Assembly: GCA_036555005.1 (NCBI GenBank)
Contig: DATBME010000007.1
Coordinates: forward strand, 1 to 48,660
Source: Candidatus Limnocylindria bacterium
Lineage (GTDB): Bacteria; Chloroflexota; Limnocylindria; QHBO01
Reading direction: 5' to 3'
Length of the DNA: 48,660 nt
Positions 34,759 through 44,413 of the stretch are shown here, one piece after another. The notes under the pieces are model-generated. The model saw nothing but the letters and a program-made list of their open reading frames with translations. It was not told the origin of the DNA and searched no databases. Made by a program: the position numbers and the translations under genes. The number at the start of each line of letters is the position of its first letter. Position 1 is the first letter of the stretch.

Positions 34759-35717
34759 GGCTGGCCGCCCTTGTCCGGTCCGGCTCCCGCACCCAGCAGC
34801 ACGTGGTCGCGGCCCAGTCCGCGCCGCCAGGCGTCGGCGGGCATGGACGGCCGTCCCTCCGGCTGCACGACATCCAGCGCCAGGGCCCCGCGTCCGGTGG
34901 CGACCTCCGGCCAGGCGCCGGGCAGCAGCGCACCCAGCGGCACGCCGTCGACGCCCGGGGTCGGGTGCGCCGCGCGGACGTGCAGGCGCCGCCCGTCGAC
35001 GGTGGTCCACGCCCCCGGCCAGGGCTGGAGCGCACGGACCTGCCGATCCAGCACCTCCGCCGGCTTGCGCCAGTCGAGCCAGCCATCCTTCCGATGAAAC
35101 GGCCGGATCAGGGTCGCCTGCCTCGGGTCCTGCGGTTCGGTCGGCAGCGGGCCGCTCGCCCAACGTTCCAGTTCCGGCGGGACGACCTCGGCCGCCAGCT
35201 CTGACAGCCGCGCCTCGAGCTCCGGCGTCGTCTCGCGGCCATTGAGCGGCACCGGCCACTGGGCGACGATCGGCCCGGCGTCCAGCTCGGGGATCATCAC
35301 CATCAGGCTGACGCCGCCGGCCTGGTCGCCGGCCAGGATGGTCGAGGCCACCGGCGCCGCGCCGCGGTGGCGCGGCAGCAGCGAGGGATGGACGTTCAGC
35401 GGCGGCCGCCTCCCCATCGCCAGCACGTCGTCCGGGACGAGCTGGCCGTACGCCACCAGCAGCAGGCCGTCCGGGGCGAAGCGCTCCAGGGCCGCGCGCC
35501 CCTCGTCCGATCGCAGGCGACGCGGTGTCTCGACCGGCAGGCCGTGCTCGCGCGCCCAGCCGGCAATCGCCGACGGCCGCGACTGGAGGCCGCGCCCGGC
35601 GGGCCGGTCCGGCTGGCTCATCACCAGCAGCGCATCGGTCATGTCCGCCACCCGGGCGAGCAAGGGGACGCCGAACGGGCCGGTGCCCAGGAAGGCGACC
35701 CGGCCCAGGCCGCTCAC
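34755..35717 (-). CDS. fmt: Methionyl-tRNA formyltransferase
   Basis: VAFLGTGPFG and NVHPSLLPRHRGAAP motifs are present. Sits in def-fmt context. GTG start. Confidence 0.94.
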   Translation of the reverse strand: MSGLGRVAFLGTGPFGVPLLARVADMTDALLVMSQPDRPAGRGLQSRPSAIAGWAREHGLPVETPRRLRSDEGRAALERFAPDGLLLVAYGQLVPDDVLAMGRRPPLNVHPSLLPRHRGAAPVASTILAGDQAGGVSLMVMIPELDAGPIVAQWPVPLNGRETTPELEARLSELAAEVVPPELERWASGPLPTEPQDPRQATLIRPFHRKDGWLDWRKPAEVLDRQVRALQPWPGAWTTVDGRRLHVRAAHPTPGVDGVPLGALLPGAWPEVATGRGALALDVVQPEGRPSMPADAWRRGLGRDHVLLGAGAGPDKGGQP

Positions 35718-35733
35718 CGGCGGACGCTCGTCA

Positions 35734-36246
35734 CTAGATACCCGCGGTCGTCTCTTCCTCGATCTCGGCGTGCTCGCTGACCCGCACCAGTTCCTCCAGC
35801 GACTCGAGGTAGTCGATGTAGAGCACGCCGTTGAGGTGGTCGATCTCGTGCTGCAGGGCTCGGGCGAAGAGATCCTGGGCCTTGACCCGGAACTCCTTGC
35901 CGCGGCGGTCCTTCGCCTTGACCGTCACCTTGGCGGATCGGGTCACCTCGGCCACGAACCCCGGGATCGAGAGGCAGCCCTCCCAGTCCACGATCTCGCC
36001 CGAGGACCTGACGACCTGCGGGTTGATGAGCTCGGTGATCTCCTCCTCGAGCTCGATCACCGCCACCTGCAGCGGCACGCCGATCTGGTTGGCCGCCAGC
36101 CCGATGCCGGGGGCGTCACGCATCGTCTCCAGCATGTCGTCGAGCAGGCGATGGAGCGAGGCGTCGAACTGCGTGACCTTCCTGGCGCGCTCGCGGAGGA
36201 TCGGCTCCTCGGCGGTCAGGATGCGGCGGATGACCATGGCCGCCAT
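35734..36246 (-). CDS. def: Peptide deformylase
   Basis: GIGLAANQIG, EGCLSIPG and HEIDHLNG motifs are present. Confidence 0.96.
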   Translation of the reverse strand: MAAMVIRRILTAEEPILRERARKVTQFDASLHRLLDDMLETMRDAPGIGLAANQIGVPLQVAVIELEEEITELINPQVVRSSGEIVDWEGCLSIPGFVAEVTRSAKVTVKAKDRRGKEFRVKAQDLFARALQHEIDHLNGVLYIDYLESLEELVRVSEHAEIEEETTAGI

Positions 36247-36294
36247 TCTACCGATGCATCCCCGACCGGCCGGCCGACGGCACCTCCACGCGCG

Positions 36295-38658
36295 TTACAG
36301 CAGCGACTCGGGGTCCACGTCGATTGCCACGCCGGCCGGCACCCGCTCCAGAGCCGCGGACCGCGCCTCGGCACCGGCGGCGCGCAGCACCACCTGGAAC
36401 CGCCAGCGGCCGGCGCGGCGCGCCACGTACGACGGCAGCGGCCCGTGCACCTCGACCCCCGGCACCCGCACCGCCTCGGCGGCGGCCCGTCCCCGCGACT
36501 CGGCGCGCTCGCGGTCCGGGTCGGCGATCAGCAGCCGCGCCAGCACCGTGGCCGGCGGATAGCCGAGCAGCCGGCGACGCACCAGCTCCTCGGCGGCAAA
36601 GCCGTCGACGTCCAGCCGAGCGGCGGCCCGCACCGCGTAGTGGTCGGCGGCGTAGGTCTGGATGATGACCCGCCCCGGCATCGGTCCACGCCCGGCCCGC
36701 CCGGCGACCTGGGCCAGCAGCTGGAACGTGCGCTCCGGCGCCAGGTAGTCGGGCAGGTTCAGGGTCACGTCGGCGGCGATCACCGCGGCCAGCGTCACGG
36801 TCGGCAGGTCGAGCCCCTTGGCCGCCAGCTGGGTGCCGACCAGCACGTCGATGCGCCCCTCGCGCAGCTCGTCGTAGATCGCCTCGAAGCCGCGCCGGGC
36901 GGCGAGCGCGTCGGAGTCGAGGCGCGCCACACGAAGGTGCGGGAAGGCGCTGCGCAGCTCCGCCTCGACCCGCTGCGTGCCCGCCCCGAAGTAGCGGATC
37001 CGGCTCGAGCCGCACTGTGGGCAGCGCTCCGGTGGCGGCGCAGTGCGGCCGCAATGGTGGCAGCGCAGCTGCTCGCCCGACGAGTGGTACACGAACGGCA
37101 GGTCGCAGTCAGGGCAGCGCAGGCTCTCGCCGCAGTCGCGGCACAGGATGAAGGTGGAGGCGCCGCGCCGGTTCATGAGCAGGATCGCCTGCTCGACTCC
37201 CGGCCGCAGGTCGCGCAGGGCGGCGTGCAGCAGGCGCGAGAAGATGGAGCGGTTGCCCTCCGACAGCTCGTCGCGCAGGTCGACCAGCTCGATCCGCGGC
37301 GCGCGTCCGACCCGCCGCTCGTGCAGCACGCTGCGCTCCACCAGGCCGCCACTGACCCGCGCCAGGGTGACGACATCCGGCGTGGCGGTACCGAACACCG
37401 CGCGGCCACCGCTGAGCGCGGCTCGCCGACGAGCTGCCCAGCGCGCGTCGTAGCGCGGCGTGCGATCCGACTTGAAGCCAGCGTCGTGCGCCTCGTCGAC
37501 GACGACCAGCAGCGGGCCGGACAGCGGCGCGAAGACGGCGGTCCGGGTGCCGACCACCACCCGCGCCTCGCCCCGCAGGATGCGCCACCACTCGTCGTGG
37601 CGCTCCCCGGCCGACAGGCCCGAGTGCAGCACCGCCAGGGCGTCGCCCACCAGGCCATGCAGCCGATCGGCCAGCTGCGGGATGAGCGAGACCTCCGGCA
37701 CCAGCACGATCGCGCCCTGCCCGGCCTGCAGGGCCGCGTCGATCGCCGCCAGGTAGACGTCCGTCTTGCCGGCGGCGGCCACGCCCTCCAGCAGCAGCTC
37801 CCCGCCGGGCGGCAGGGCCTCGATCGCCGTCAGCGCGTCCCGCTGCTCGTCAGCCAGGTCGTGCGCCGGCGCGGCAACGGGTTGACGATGCCCCAGCGGA
37901 TCGCGATCCACGTCCCGCCAGTCGAGCTCGGCCGCGCCGATCGCCACCAGCCGGCGGGCAGGCGCCAGCAGCGAGCCGGCCTCGACGCCGAGCTCCTCCG
38001 CCAGCTCCGGCAGCGTGCGCTCGCCACCGGCCACCGCGGCCAGCAGGGCATGCTGCACCGGGGCTCCCCTACGCGGCGGCGGGCCGCCCGGCACCGGGCG
38101 CAGCACGCGCACGCGCCGAGCCGTCACGTCCGGTGGTCGCAGCTCCCAACGCGGCTGGATCGCGCCGCTGCGGCGCAGCCGCTCCAGCCAGGACTCGCGG
38201 CCGCGCTTGGGCGCCAGGCGCATCAGGGCCGCATCGGTCACGACACCGTCGTCCGTCGCCAGGCCGGCCACGCCATCGGGCAGGTCCGAGTCGGCGTTCA
38301 CCTGCCAGCGGCGGTCCAGCCGCGACTCCAGCCCGGGCGGCAGCATGGCGGCGATGGTCGTGCCCACCGGCGCCCGGTAATAGGCGGCAATCTCCTCCGC
38401 CAGGGTCAGCAGCTCGGGCGTCAGCATCGGCGCCGATAAGACGGCCTCGACGGCACGCAGCTCCTGCCCCGCTTCCGGCGCCTCCGGCGCGCCCGCCATC
38501 AGGTATCCCAATGCCAGCCGGTGACCGTATGGCACCAGCACCAGCGCGCCGGGCTCGGCAGGGCCGACTGCCGCGGGCAGCCGGTAGCTGAAGGTGCGCT
38601 CCGGCCGGTCGGCGACGGCGTCGACCGCCACGCGGACGACGTCGGTGGCAATCTCCAC
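36295..38658 (-). CDS. priA: Primosomal protein N' (replication restart helicase PriA)
   Basis: 787 aa with GVAAAGKTDVY and VDEAHD motifs. Two CxxC pairs are present (CRDCGESLRCPDC...CHHCG...CPQCG). GTG start. Confidence 0.94.
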   Translation of the reverse strand: MEIATDVVRVAVDAVADRPERTFSYRLPAAVGPAEPGALVLVPYGHRLALGYLMAGAPEAPEAGQELRAVEAVLSAPMLTPELLTLAEEIAAYYRAPVGTTIAAMLPPGLESRLDRRWQVNADSDLPDGVAGLATDDGVVTDAALMRLAPKRGRESWLERLRRSGAIQPRWELRPPDVTARRVRVLRPVPGGPPPRRGAPVQHALLAAVAGGERTLPELAEELGVEAGSLLAPARRLVAIGAAELDWRDVDRDPLGHRQPVAAPAHDLADEQRDALTAIEALPPGGELLLEGVAAAGKTDVYLAAIDAALQAGQGAIVLVPEVSLIPQLADRLHGLVGDALAVLHSGLSAGERHDEWWRILRGEARVVVGTRTAVFAPLSGPLLVVVDEAHDAGFKSDRTPRYDARWAARRRAALSGGRAVFGTATPDVVTLARVSGGLVERSVLHERRVGRAPRIELVDLRDELSEGNRSIFSRLLHAALRDLRPGVEQAILLMNRRGASTFILCRDCGESLRCPDCDLPFVYHSSGEQLRCHHCGRTAPPPERCPQCGSSRIRYFGAGTQRVEAELRSAFPHLRVARLDSDALAARRGFEAIYDELREGRIDVLVGTQLAAKGLDLPTVTLAAVIAADVTLNLPDYLAPERTFQLLAQVAGRAGRGPMPGRVIIQTYAADHYAVRAAARLDVDGFAAEELVRRRLLGYPPATVLARLLIADPDRERAESRGRAAAEAVRVPGVEVHGPLPSYVARRAGRWRFQVVLRAAGAEARSAALERVPAGVAIDVDPESLL

Positions 38659-38669
38659 CGGGCGAGCCG

Positions 38670-39350
38670 TCAGACGCGCACCTGGCGCGGCGGGTCGCGA
38701 CGGGCCTCGGCCTGGATGATCTCCCAGATGCGATCGGCGGCGTCGTCGGGATGCCCCGTCTCGTTGACGATCACGTAGTCGTAGTCACCGCTGGACGCCA
38801 TCTCCTCCTCCGCATTCCGGCGCCGGACCGCCAGCGAGTCGGCGTCCTCCGAGCCGCGCTCCGCCAGCCGCGCATCCAGGTCCTCGATCGACGGCGGCAT
38901 GACGAAGATCAGCAGCGCGTCCGGCACCCGCTGCCGGACCGAGCGGGCGCCCTGCGGGTCGATGGTCAGGATCGCGTCCCGGCCGGCCGCCAGGATGCCG
39001 CGCACCTGCTCGAGCGGCGTCCCGTACCAGTTGTCGTGCACCTGCGCGAACTCGAGCAGGCCGCTCGTGTCGCGCATGCGGGCGAACTCGTCGAGCGACA
39101 GGAAGTGGTAGTGCACCTTGTCGATCTCGCCCGGGCGCCGTTCCCGGGTTGTGGCGGTCACGATCGGGACGACCTGGGGCCGTCGCTCGGCCAGCTCCGC
39201 CACGATGGTGCTCTTGCCCACCCCGGATGGCCCCGACACCACGACCAGCATCGGGTTGGGGAAGGTCATCCGCTTGTCCGGCTCGGGGTCGCGCTCCGGC
39301 TGCGTCATGGGCAGCTCGGAGGCCATCGGCTCCACCACCCGGTCAGCCAT
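38670..39350 (-). CDS. gmk: Guanylate kinase
   Basis: VVVSGPSGVGKSTI and TTRERRPGE motifs are present. The N-terminal ~30 aa and the exact start are uncertain. Confidence 0.9.
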   Translation of the reverse strand: MADRVVEPMASELPMTQPERDPEPDKRMTFPNPMLVVVSGPSGVGKSTIVAELAERRPQVVPIVTATTRERRPGEIDKVHYHFLSLDEFARMRDTSGLLEFAQVHDNWYGTPLEQVRGILAAGRDAILTIDPQGARSVRQRVPDALLIFVMPPSIEDLDARLAERGSEDADSLAVRRRNAEEEMASSGDYDYVIVNETGHPDDAADRIWEIIQAEARRDPPRQVRV

Positions 39351-40323
39351 CCGTGTCCACCAGGCTGGCGCCGACGCCAGTTGGGAGTGCCGAACTCCGA
39401 ATGCCGGCCTCGTCGAGCGACCCCGCCAGGTCGGCCGGCAGCTCGCTCCAGGCGGTCAGGCGCCGCCCGTCCGACGGACGGTCGAGCGTCAGGCGGGCCG
39501 CGTGCAGGAACTGACGCTGCAGATCTCCAGGCCCCGGCCCCCCGCCGTAGCGCAGGTCGCCGGCGATCGGCAGGCCCAGGTAGGCGAGGTGCGCCCGCAG
39601 CTGGTGGGTACGCCCCGTCTTCGGCCGCAGCCACAGCAGGGTGTAACCGCCCGCCGCCCCCAGCCCCTCGTACTCGGTCACCGCCTCGCGGCCGTCCGCC
39701 ACCACCGCCATCCGCTGCCGGTCCTTCGGATGGCGGCCCACCGGCGCCTCGATCCGGCCACGCGGGGCGGGCGCCGCACCGCGCACCAGGGCCACGTACT
39801 CCTTGTCGATGGTCCGATCGCCGAACTGGCGCATCAGGCTGGCCTGGGCGTCGTCCGTCTTGGCCACCACCAGCAGGCCCGATGTGTCCTTGTCCAGCCG
39901 GTGCACGATCCCCGGCCGGCCCACCCCGGCGATGCCGCCCAGCGGCTCCCCCATCGCCTCGGCGCGGCCGAGCAGGGCGTTCACCAGCGTGCCCGAGGCG
40001 TGGCCGGCGCTGGGATGGACGACCAGTCCGGCCGGTTTGTCGACGATCAGCATGGCGGCGTCCTCGTAGGCGACGCGCAGCGGGATCCGCTCGGGGCGCA
40101 GGTCCTCGTCGGGTGGCGCCGACAGCTCGACCTCGATCCGTTCGCCGCCGCGCAGCCGGTCGGACGCGCGGCCCCGCCGTCCATCGACCAGGGCGCGCCC
40201 GTCAGAGATGAGCCGCTGCGCATGGGCACGGCTGATGCCGGCAACGCTGCTGACCGCCAGGTCGAAGCGGCCTGCCACCGCCACGCCGTCCACGGTCCGC
40301 GGCGGCGCGGCGACGTCGCTCAC
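39343..40323 (-). CDS. rluD: RluA-family 23S rRNA pseudouridine synthase (RluD-like)
   Basis: S4-like N-terminus, LIVDKPAGLVVHP, and the catalytic motif HRLDKDTSGLLVVAK. The GTG start overlaps the lspA stop (GTGA). The 532-aa track ORF is an over-extension through lspA. Confidence 0.9.
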   Translation of the reverse strand: MSDVAAPPRTVDGVAVAGRFDLAVSSVAGISRAHAQRLISDGRALVDGRRGRASDRLRGGERIEVELSAPPDEDLRPERIPLRVAYEDAAMLIVDKPAGLVVHPSAGHASGTLVNALLGRAEAMGEPLGGIAGVGRPGIVHRLDKDTSGLLVVAKTDDAQASLMRQFGDRTIDKEYVALVRGAAPAPRGRIEAPVGRHPKDRQRMAVVADGREAVTEYEGLGAAGGYTLLWLRPKTGRTHQLRAHLAYLGLPIAGDLRYGGGPGPGDLQRQFLHAARLTLDRPSDGRRLTAWSELPADLAGSLDEAGIRSSALPTGVGASLVDTDG

Positions 40324-40832
40324 GCGCGTGCCTCGCCCCGCCGCGGGTCGAGCAGCATCAGGTAGGCGACCAGCGCCAGGATCCCCACCACGATCGAGGC
40401 GTCGGCCACGTTCCAGGTCGGCCAGCGCAGGTCGCCGATGCCGACCGAGATGAAGTCGGTCACATAGCCGAGCCGGATGCGGTCGAGCAGGTTGCCGAGC
40501 GTCCCGCCCAGGATCAGCCCCAGCACCACGTACAGCGCCACGCCACGGCCGCGGAAGGCGCGCTGGAAGTAGATCAGCATGGCGAAGGCGAGCACGGTCA
40601 CGATCAGGAAGAAGACCTGACCGCCCTGGAACAGGCTGAAGGCAGCACCCTCGTTGCGGACGTGCCACAGCACCACCAGCTCCCCGACCACGGGCACCCG
40701 CTCCCCCAGCGCCAGGGCCGAGGCGATCGCCGCCTTGGTCGCCTGGTCGGCGAGCAGCACGACCGTCGCGGTCAGGCCCATGGCCAGCAGCTCCGACCGC
40801 GTCTGGCTCGGGGAAGCCGCCTGGCTGCTCAT
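40320..40832 (-). CDS. lspA: Lipoprotein signal peptidase II
   Basis: NEGAAFS and WPTWNVADASI motifs with 4 TM segments. Sits in ileS-lspA-rluD context. Confidence 0.92.
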   Translation of the reverse strand: MSSQAASPSQTRSELLAMGLTATVVLLADQATKAAIASALALGERVPVVGELVVLWHVRNEGAAFSLFQGGQVFFLIVTVLAFAMLIYFQRAFRGRGVALYVVLGLILGGTLGNLLDRIRLGYVTDFISVGIGDLRWPTWNVADASIVVGILALVAYLMLLDPRRGEARA

Positions 40833-40858
40833 GGGCCGATGGTACGCGATGGCGCTCG

Positions 40859-43800
40859 TCAGGCGCGGCGAATGGCCAGGTCCAGCTGCTGTCCCTCGGC
40901 CTCCAACGACTCCGCCAGGTCCGGCTCGGGGACCGATCCATCGGCCGCGCCCAGGCGGAGGTTGACGGCCAGCACCTCGGCCGCGAGCCACTCGCGGAAG
41001 CCCTCCAGTCGCGCGACCGCCGCCTGGTCGCCGCCGATGCTCACCTCGACCCGGTCGCTGATCTCGTAGCCGGCGGCCTTGCGCATGGTCTGCAGGCGAT
41101 GCGCCACCTCACGGGCCAGCCCCTCCGCCTCCAGCTCCGGCGTGAGCTCCGTGTCCAGCGCGACCAGCAGGTCGCCCTCCTCGGCCACCTCGTGGCCAGG
41201 CCGCGCCCGCGCGGTGAGCTGGAACTCGTCCGGCTCCATGGTCACGCCACCGACTGTCACGCGGCCGTCGTCCAGCAGCTGCCAGTCGCCGGAACGGGCG
41301 CCGGCCATGATCGCCCCGACTGCCTTGCCGTGCCGCGGCCCGACCACCGGCAGCAGCGGGTAGAGCGTGCGCTCGACCATGCCCGACTCGTCGGTCAGGA
41401 CGTCCAGCGCCTTCACGTTGAGCTCGTCGAGCACCTCGGCGGCCAGCGCTGCGGCCACCCCCGCATCCGCGCTCAGCGAGCCACCGGCGCCGCCGGGCAG
41501 CTTCACCCGCGCCGTGGCCAGCGGCTGCCGGGTGCGGACGCCCGACGCGGCCCGCGCCGTGCGACCCAGCGCCACCACCTGGCGCGCGACCGCCACCGCG
41601 GCCTCCAGCGCCTCGTCGCTGACATCGTCGCGCGGCTGCGGGAAGTCGGCCAGGTGGACCGAGTCGGGCGCCTCCGGCTGCACGGCGGTGACCAGGTTCT
41701 GCCACATCGCCTCGGCCAGGTGCGGCACGAACGGGGCGAGCAGCCGGGTCAGGTCGACCAGCACGCGGTGCAGGGTGGCGTAGGCGGCGCGCTTGTCGTC
41801 GTCCAGCTCCCCCTTCCAGAAGCGGCGCCGATTGCGGCGCACGTACCAGTTCGACAGCTCGTCGACGAACGCCTCGACGGCGCGCGTGGCCCGCATCGCG
41901 TCGTAGGCGTCCAGCGCGCCGCGCACTTCTGCGATCACCGCCTCCAGCCGCGACAGGATCCAGCGATCGAGCAGCGTTCGGGCCGCGGCCGATCCATCGG
42001 TCCCCTGCGCCGGCGTCCAGCCGTCGAGCCGCGCGTAGGTGACGAAGAAGCCGTACGTGTTCCAGACCGGCAGGAAGAAGCGGCGCACTTCATCGTGGGC
42101 CAGGTGATAGCCGAAGTTCATGTTCACCGCCGGGTTGGTGGCGCAGAACATCCAGCGCATCACGTCCGCGCCGATCTGCTCGGCCGCGTCGTCGAACCAG
42201 ATGGCGTTGCCCTTGCTCTTGTGCATCTCCTCGCCGTGCTCGTCGCGCAGCAGGGCGTAGCCGAACAGCGCCGTGAACGGGGCCTGGCCGGTCATCACCG
42301 TGCTCTCGGTGATGAGGGCGTAGAACCAGTTGCGGAACTGACCCGGGAACGACTCGGTCACGAAATCGGCCGGGTACCACTCCCGCCAGTAGTCGCGATC
42401 GCTCGTCCACTTGAGGGTGGAGATGCCCACGATCCCGGCATCCAGCCACGGATTGCCGACGTCCGCGATGCGGCGGCTGCGGCCTCCACAGGAGCGGCAC
42501 TCGATCTCCACCTCGTCCACCCAGGGCCGATGCGGCGTGTGCCCCTCGAACGCGTCCCAGCCGGCGACCGCCCGCTCGCGCAGCGCCTCGCGCGACTCGA
42601 TCACCTCCCAGGCATCGCACTCGGTGCAGGTCCAGATCGGCAGCGCGAGGCCGTAGTAGCGCTTCTTGCTGATCATCCAGTCGGACATGTTCCGGAGCCA
42701 GTCGAGCTCGCGCTCCTCCAGGCCGATCCCCGGCGGCAGCCAGGTGGCGCGTCGGGTCGAGCCGGCCAGCTCGGCGCGCAGCGGGTCCATGGCGATGAAC
42801 CACTCGTCCACCAGCCGGAACACGACCTGGGTGCCGCAGCGCCAGCAGACCGGGTAGGAGTGGCGGTACTGCTCGCGACCAACCAGCAGGCCCTTGCCCT
42901 CCAGGTCCTCGGCCACCTCGCGCGCCAGGTCGGCACCGTCGGGGTCATCGGCCCCGGCGTAGCGGCCGGACTGCCAGCCGAACCCCTCCCGGAAGCGCCC
43001 GAACTCGTCGATCGGGTCGATGACGGTCAGGTCGTACGCCTTCGAGAGCGCAAAGTCCTCCTGTCCGCAGCCCGGCGCGATGTGCACGATCCCGGTGCCT
43101 TCCTCGTCGGAGACCTCGTCCCACGGAATGACCCGGTGCGCGACGCCCGCCGCGGCCGGCAGCTCGTCGAAGGGTCCCTGGTAGGTGAGGTCAACCAGCT
43201 GGGCGCCCTTGGCCTGGCGGATCGTCGCCGCCTCGGGCGCGACGCGCGGCTGCGAGCCGTGGCTCAGCCACCAGCGACGTCCATTGGTGCCCTCCACCAG
43301 GACGTAGGTGAGGTCCGGGTGGACGGCGGCAGCCACGTTCGAGGAGAGGGTCCACGGCGTGGTGGTCCAGATCAGCAGGTCCTCGTCCTCGTGACCGGGC
43401 GCGGTGATCGGCAGGCGGACGGTCAGCGACAGGTGGCTCAGCTCGCGGTAGCCCTCGGTGGCCAGCTCCATGTTCGACAGGCCGGTGCCGCAGCGCGGAC
43501 ACCAGGGCATGACGTCATGGCCCCGGTAGATGAGCCCCCGCCGGTGGCACTCGGCCAGGAAGGCCCAGATGGCGTAGTTGTTCTCGTCCGAGTTGGTGTA
43601 GTAGCTGTCGTCCCAATTCATCCACATGCCCAGGCGGATGGACTGCTCGGTGATCCGATCGGCGAAGCGCTGCGTGCGCGCCTTGCAGTACTCGACGAAG
43701 CGGTCGATGCCGTACGACTCGATGTCGCGCTTGTTCTTGAAGCCCAGCTCCTTCTCGGCCTCGACCTCGATCCACAGGCCCTGGCAGTCATACCCGTTCT

Positions 43801-44047
43801 GGTAGCGCTGCCGCTCACCGAGCATGGTGTGGTAGCGCTGGAAGAGGTCCTTGTAGGTGCGGCCCCAGGCGTGGTGCACGCCCATCGGGTTGTTGGCCGT
43901 GATCGGCCCGTCCAGGAAGCTCCAGCGCCGTTCGCTGGCCTCGTTGCGGGCCAGGTAGCGGGCCATGGTCCCCCGCTCGCGCCAGAGCTCGATCATCTCC
44001 TGCTCCAGCGCCGGCAACTCCAGCTTGCTCGAAACCGCTCTGAACAC
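40859..44047 (-). CDS. ileS: Isoleucine--tRNA ligase (long form, 1062 aa)
   Basis: Class Ia synthetase. The HIGH region reads GVHHAWGR and the KMSKS region reads MHKSKGN. GTG start at 44045-44047, 5 nt after GGAG. Preceded by a T-box with an AUC specifier and followed by lspA. Confidence 0.92.
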   Translation of the reverse strand: MFRAVSSKLELPALEQEMIELWRERGTMARYLARNEASERRWSFLDGPITANNPMGVHHAWGRTYKDLFQRYHTMLGERQRYQNGYDCQGLWIEVEAEKELGFKNKRDIESYGIDRFVEYCKARTQRFADRITEQSIRLGMWMNWDDSYYTNSDENNYAIWAFLAECHRRGLIYRGHDVMPWCPRCGTGLSNMELATEGYRELSHLSLTVRLPITAPGHEDEDLLIWTTTPWTLSSNVAAAVHPDLTYVLVEGTNGRRWWLSHGSQPRVAPEAATIRQAKGAQLVDLTYQGPFDELPAAAGVAHRVIPWDEVSDEEGTGIVHIAPGCGQEDFALSKAYDLTVIDPIDEFGRFREGFGWQSGRYAGADDPDGADLAREVAEDLEGKGLLVGREQYRHSYPVCWRCGTQVVFRLVDEWFIAMDPLRAELAGSTRRATWLPPGIGLEERELDWLRNMSDWMISKKRYYGLALPIWTCTECDAWEVIESREALRERAVAGWDAFEGHTPHRPWVDEVEIECRSCGGRSRRIADVGNPWLDAGIVGISTLKWTSDRDYWREWYPADFVTESFPGQFRNWFYALITESTVMTGQAPFTALFGYALLRDEHGEEMHKSKGNAIWFDDAAEQIGADVMRWMFCATNPAVNMNFGYHLAHDEVRRFFLPVWNTYGFFVTYARLDGWTPAQGTDGSAAARTLLDRWILSRLEAVIAEVRGALDAYDAMRATRAVEAFVDELSNWYVRRNRRRFWKGELDDDKRAAYATLHRVLVDLTRLLAPFVPHLAEAMWQNLVTAVQPEAPDSVHLADFPQPRDDVSDEALEAAVAVARQVVALGRTARAASGVRTRQPLATARVKLPGGAGGSLSADAGVAAALAAEVLDELNVKALDVLTDESGMVERTLYPLLPVVGPRHGKAVGAIMAGARSGDWQLLDDGRVTVGGVTMEPDEFQLTARARPGHEVAEEGDLLVALDTELTPELEAEGLAREVAHRLQTMRKAAGYEISDRVEVSIGGDQAAVARLEGFREWLAAEVLAVNLRLGAADGSVPEPDLAESLEAEGQQLDLAIRRA

Positions 44048-44056
44048 GTGCGCTCC

Positions 44057-44092
44057 AACAACGACAAACCCGCCCCGGACATCCGGGACGGG
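44057..44092 (-). terminator. Intrinsic terminator of the ileS T-box leader
   Basis: On the reverse strand, CCCGUCCCGG-AUGU-CCGGGGCGGG forms a 10-bp stem with one G-U pair. It is followed by UUUGUCGUUGUU, and GGAG plus the GTG of ileS come immediately after. Confidence 0.8.
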
Positions 44093-44380
44093 GCTTGATG
44101 GCTCCCGCGGTACCACCCGCGCTTGACCGATGACGCCCACGGCAGGGCGGCGTCGGCCCACTCATGCGCCACGGGTCGGCGTCGTGGACCGATGGCGCCG
44201 CCGTCCGCTATCGGGTGGCGCACCCGGGAGGCGTTACCCACGGCAGGCATGCCGCTTGGCGCCTCCGGCTCGGGAGGGATCGCTCGTCGTCCGATCTCCG
44301 CCCGCTTCCACCGTCCGGGCTCGCTTGAGGAATCGCGTCCGACGCGAGCGCTGGCTCCGTCATCGCCGTGTCTTCTGTTG
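44057..44380 (-). promoter_or_regulatory. T-box riboswitch leader, Ile (AUC) specifier
   Basis: All elements are on the reverse strand. GA/K-turn-like GGCGAUGACGGAG. Stem I with AG bulge AGCGA and distal loop GACGGUGGAAG closed by GCCCG/CGGGC. AUC at 44293-44295, followed by a purine on the 3' side of the specifier loop. Canonical T-box GGGUGGUACCGCG at 44106-44118. Terminator at 44057-44092. A possible promoter is TTGACG (44412-44417), an 18-nt spacer, then GACCAT. Confidence 0.85.
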
Positions 44381-44413
44381 TGGGCCGATGGTCGCAGCCG
44401 GTGCGGTGCGCCG

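Noticed and set aside
35242-38439. 1065-aa plus-strand ORF
   Set aside because: It is antisense to fmt, def and priA, all of which have unambiguous catalytic motifs. Its composition is Arg/Gly/Ala/Pro-dominated.
41099-44098. 999-aa plus-strand ORF
   Set aside because: It is antisense to ileS. It is a shadow ORF with no recognisable domain.
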